Origin: Paragordius varius
Lineage: Eukaryota > Animalia > Nematomorpha
Direction of reading: 5' to 3'
DNA length: 64,000 nucleotides
NCBI GenBank assembly: GCA_964247055.1
Contig: OZ176051.1
Location: 14,694,001 to 14,758,000, forward strand
Position 1 is the first letter of the stretch; every line of letters starts with the position of its first letter. This document shows, piece after piece, positions 62,342 through 64,000 of the stretch. Below the pieces are notes generated by a model, which worked only from the letters and a program-made list of their open reading frames with translations, searched no databases and was not told where the DNA came from. The position numbers and the translations under genes were made by a program.

Positions 62342-63271
62342 ATGTTGATAAAAATAGTCATTTGGCCACTTTTTACAAATTTTGTATCCCATATATTTTT
62401 TTAATATTTGTTGGCAAAATACTAGGTAGTAAAATTACCTTTGTTGTCAAACTTGTGATATGATGATTGATACAATAAAAAGAATATTAATTGTTTTTAA
62501 AAACCATTGATAATTTTGTATTATGAATTATATTAAAAGATCAAATATTTTATGATAGGATTTTAAGTATAGGTACTTCATCGTTAACGTCCAAATTCGC
62601 CAAAAATGACCAATGCACCAATTTTTATCATTTCGCATGCATTTGCATTTTCTACGGTTGAAAGAACTGGATCAACATCAATAGAAAAGCGTACTAAACA
62701 AGACATTTTTGGCAAGTTTTTATTTTTACTATTTTTAATTCATTTTAATTTTTTTACATATAAATATAATATCGAAATTATTTGGTAAAGAAAAATGAAA
62801 ATGAACGCCGCCCTCATGAAAAGCTCATATATACCTTTTATCGATCAAGTTTAACTCGAAAATGGCAAATTACTGGATGACCTACAAATTATACCGATAT
62901 TTTAAAAACTTTTGCCTTATACAATCATCAAATTAAACCAATCTTGACCCGATCTCCCAAAAATAATGCGAAAAAAAACATTAATTTTACCGACGTCGCT
63001 TTTTTACTTGATTCATGGTTAAATGATTACCACAAAAAGAATGGATTAAAATTGGCCGATGGCAGAAGGGAGGAAATTATTGGTCGTTTCTATGAAAGTG
63101 ATGACTACAGTATATAAATACCCCTTAATGCATATGTCTGAATCAAAATACTTTGCCAATTCTACCATTATGGGAAAATACCGGGCTTATCTTCACACCC
63201 TCCTTTATCCACTGGGTTATACCCAAACAGATGTCAATTGTATAATTAATTTGGAGCAAGAGCTTGGTCTG
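62342..63271 (+). pseudogene. M13 family metallopeptidase, copy B (exons 1-3 visible), disrupted
   Basis: Exons ~62342-62425, 62573-62711 and ~62780-63271 parallel copy A: DQCTNFYHFAC, FYRSSLTRKWQ and KYPLMHMSESKYFANSTIMGKYRAYL (vs KYPKLHMSEPKFFADSTIMKNYKTYL). Frameshifts occur in all three exons, a TGA sits at an Arg position (~62878), and exon 2 has a GC donor. Confidence 0.8.
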
Positions 63272-63581
63272 GTATGTATTTTAAAAAAAAATTTTCAGCT
63301 AAATAGGGGTGTATTCACTCAATTTTTATTTATAAATTTGACACCCTATGATTGCACGATAAAATGCGAGCTGGATTATTATAATACATATTCTTATACA
63401 ATAAAGACTTGATGAGAAAACATGTTATATTTATATATTTATCAGCATATTATCCAGCACATGTATAACTCAACAAACATTCTATATTAAATATGTTTGA
63501 GCAATAGAATGGCAAATTTGTTGTTTAAGTAAGGGAATGTTCAATTTTATACAATTTTAATCTTTTGTTTAGTAGCGTAAC

Positions 63582-63720
63582 CAGTGGCGAAACTACGGGG
63601 AGCTAGGGGAAGCAGTGCGGGGGGGGGGGGGGGGGGCAAGGCAAAACATGGGCGCTTTTTATTTAAAATTAATTTGGGCCCCTTTTCTATTTTGAGGGGG
63701 GGGGGGGAATTTATTATTTT
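63582..63720 (+). mobile_element. Left end of another CAGTGGCG-type G-rich MITE
   Basis: CAGTGGCGAAACTACGGGG followed by poly-G runs, similar in style to family G. No right TIR was recognised in the window. Confidence 0.35.
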
Positions 63721-64000
63721 TTTTATTTACAGATATATAAGTAATTATTGCCTGATTGTAGTTTTATGGCAAAGAATAAAAAGAATTATTATTGATTGAA
63801 AGGAAGAAAAAGCGAAAAAATGCATTTTTTCAACTATCTGAATAAGCGGTTTTATTATAATTTGATAATTAATAAACACCTTTAAATCTCTTAAAAATTA
63901 ATAAATGAGTATAGATAGTTGCACAAATTAAGTGCTTATAAATTTTCAAGTCCTAAATTATTTTGATTATAAAAATTATAGTATTATAGTTTTATGAGAA

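Noticed and set aside
59404-62342. The midpoint of the M13 pair coincides with the Helitron 3' end
   Set aside because: Removing the insertion leaves asymmetric flanks (~1470 vs ~400 bp), so this is a coincidence.
29287-62880. Genome-wide TGA=Trp reassignment
   Set aside because: TGG encodes the conserved Trp residues in the same genes (AWPWQ, GWG). The TGA in M13 B aligns with Arg, and other relics contain TAA and TAG as well.
1-64000. tRNA, rRNA or tRNA-derived SINE genes
   Set aside because: No cloverleaf, A/B box or rRNA-like segment was recognised by eye. tRNAscan-SE or Infernal would be needed to exclude them.

Overview
Very AT-rich, intron-containing eukaryotic (animal-like) DNA with dense, nested transposon insertions. 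The species cannot be identified from the sequence alone. Host genes: (i) two decayed LRR genes on the minus strand, at least one an RXFP/GRL101-like LRR-GPCR (4.0-9.0 kb and 11.1-12.9 kb); (ii) a tiny Gly/Tyr-rich secreted-protein gene (20 kb); (iii) a head-to-head pair of S1 serine-protease paralogs. Copy A (minus, 29170-34379) has 7 exons and is intact except for one in-frame TGA at a conserved Trp. Copy B (plus, 41013-48089) has 6 exons, and I could not find its catalytic-Ser exon; an RTE LINE lies downstream. (iv) a head-to-head pair of M13 (neprilysin-like) paralogs (minus <=59404; plus >=62342, frameshifted). Mobile DNA: four non-autonomous Helitron copies, one of which has amplified an internal segment into a ~312-bp dimeric satellite inside a hAT MITE with a perfect 8-bp TSD; two decayed TAGGGTGACC (Blackjack-like) hAT transposons; a CAGGGGCGTACC MITE family with 71-bp, 402-bp and 3.4-kb versions; a foldback-like element with ~380-bp arms; a near full-length RTE LINE and an RTE 3' fragment; a piggyBac-like MITE; and about ten CAGT...ACTG/TA MITEs. 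No rRNA, tRNA or CRISPR was recognised. All alignments and translations were done by eye, and no database search was run. I found no clearly new biological system. The best leads are the UGA-C codon in protease A, its unusual activation and S1-pocket residues, the satellite carried in a MITE, and the 71-bp element.
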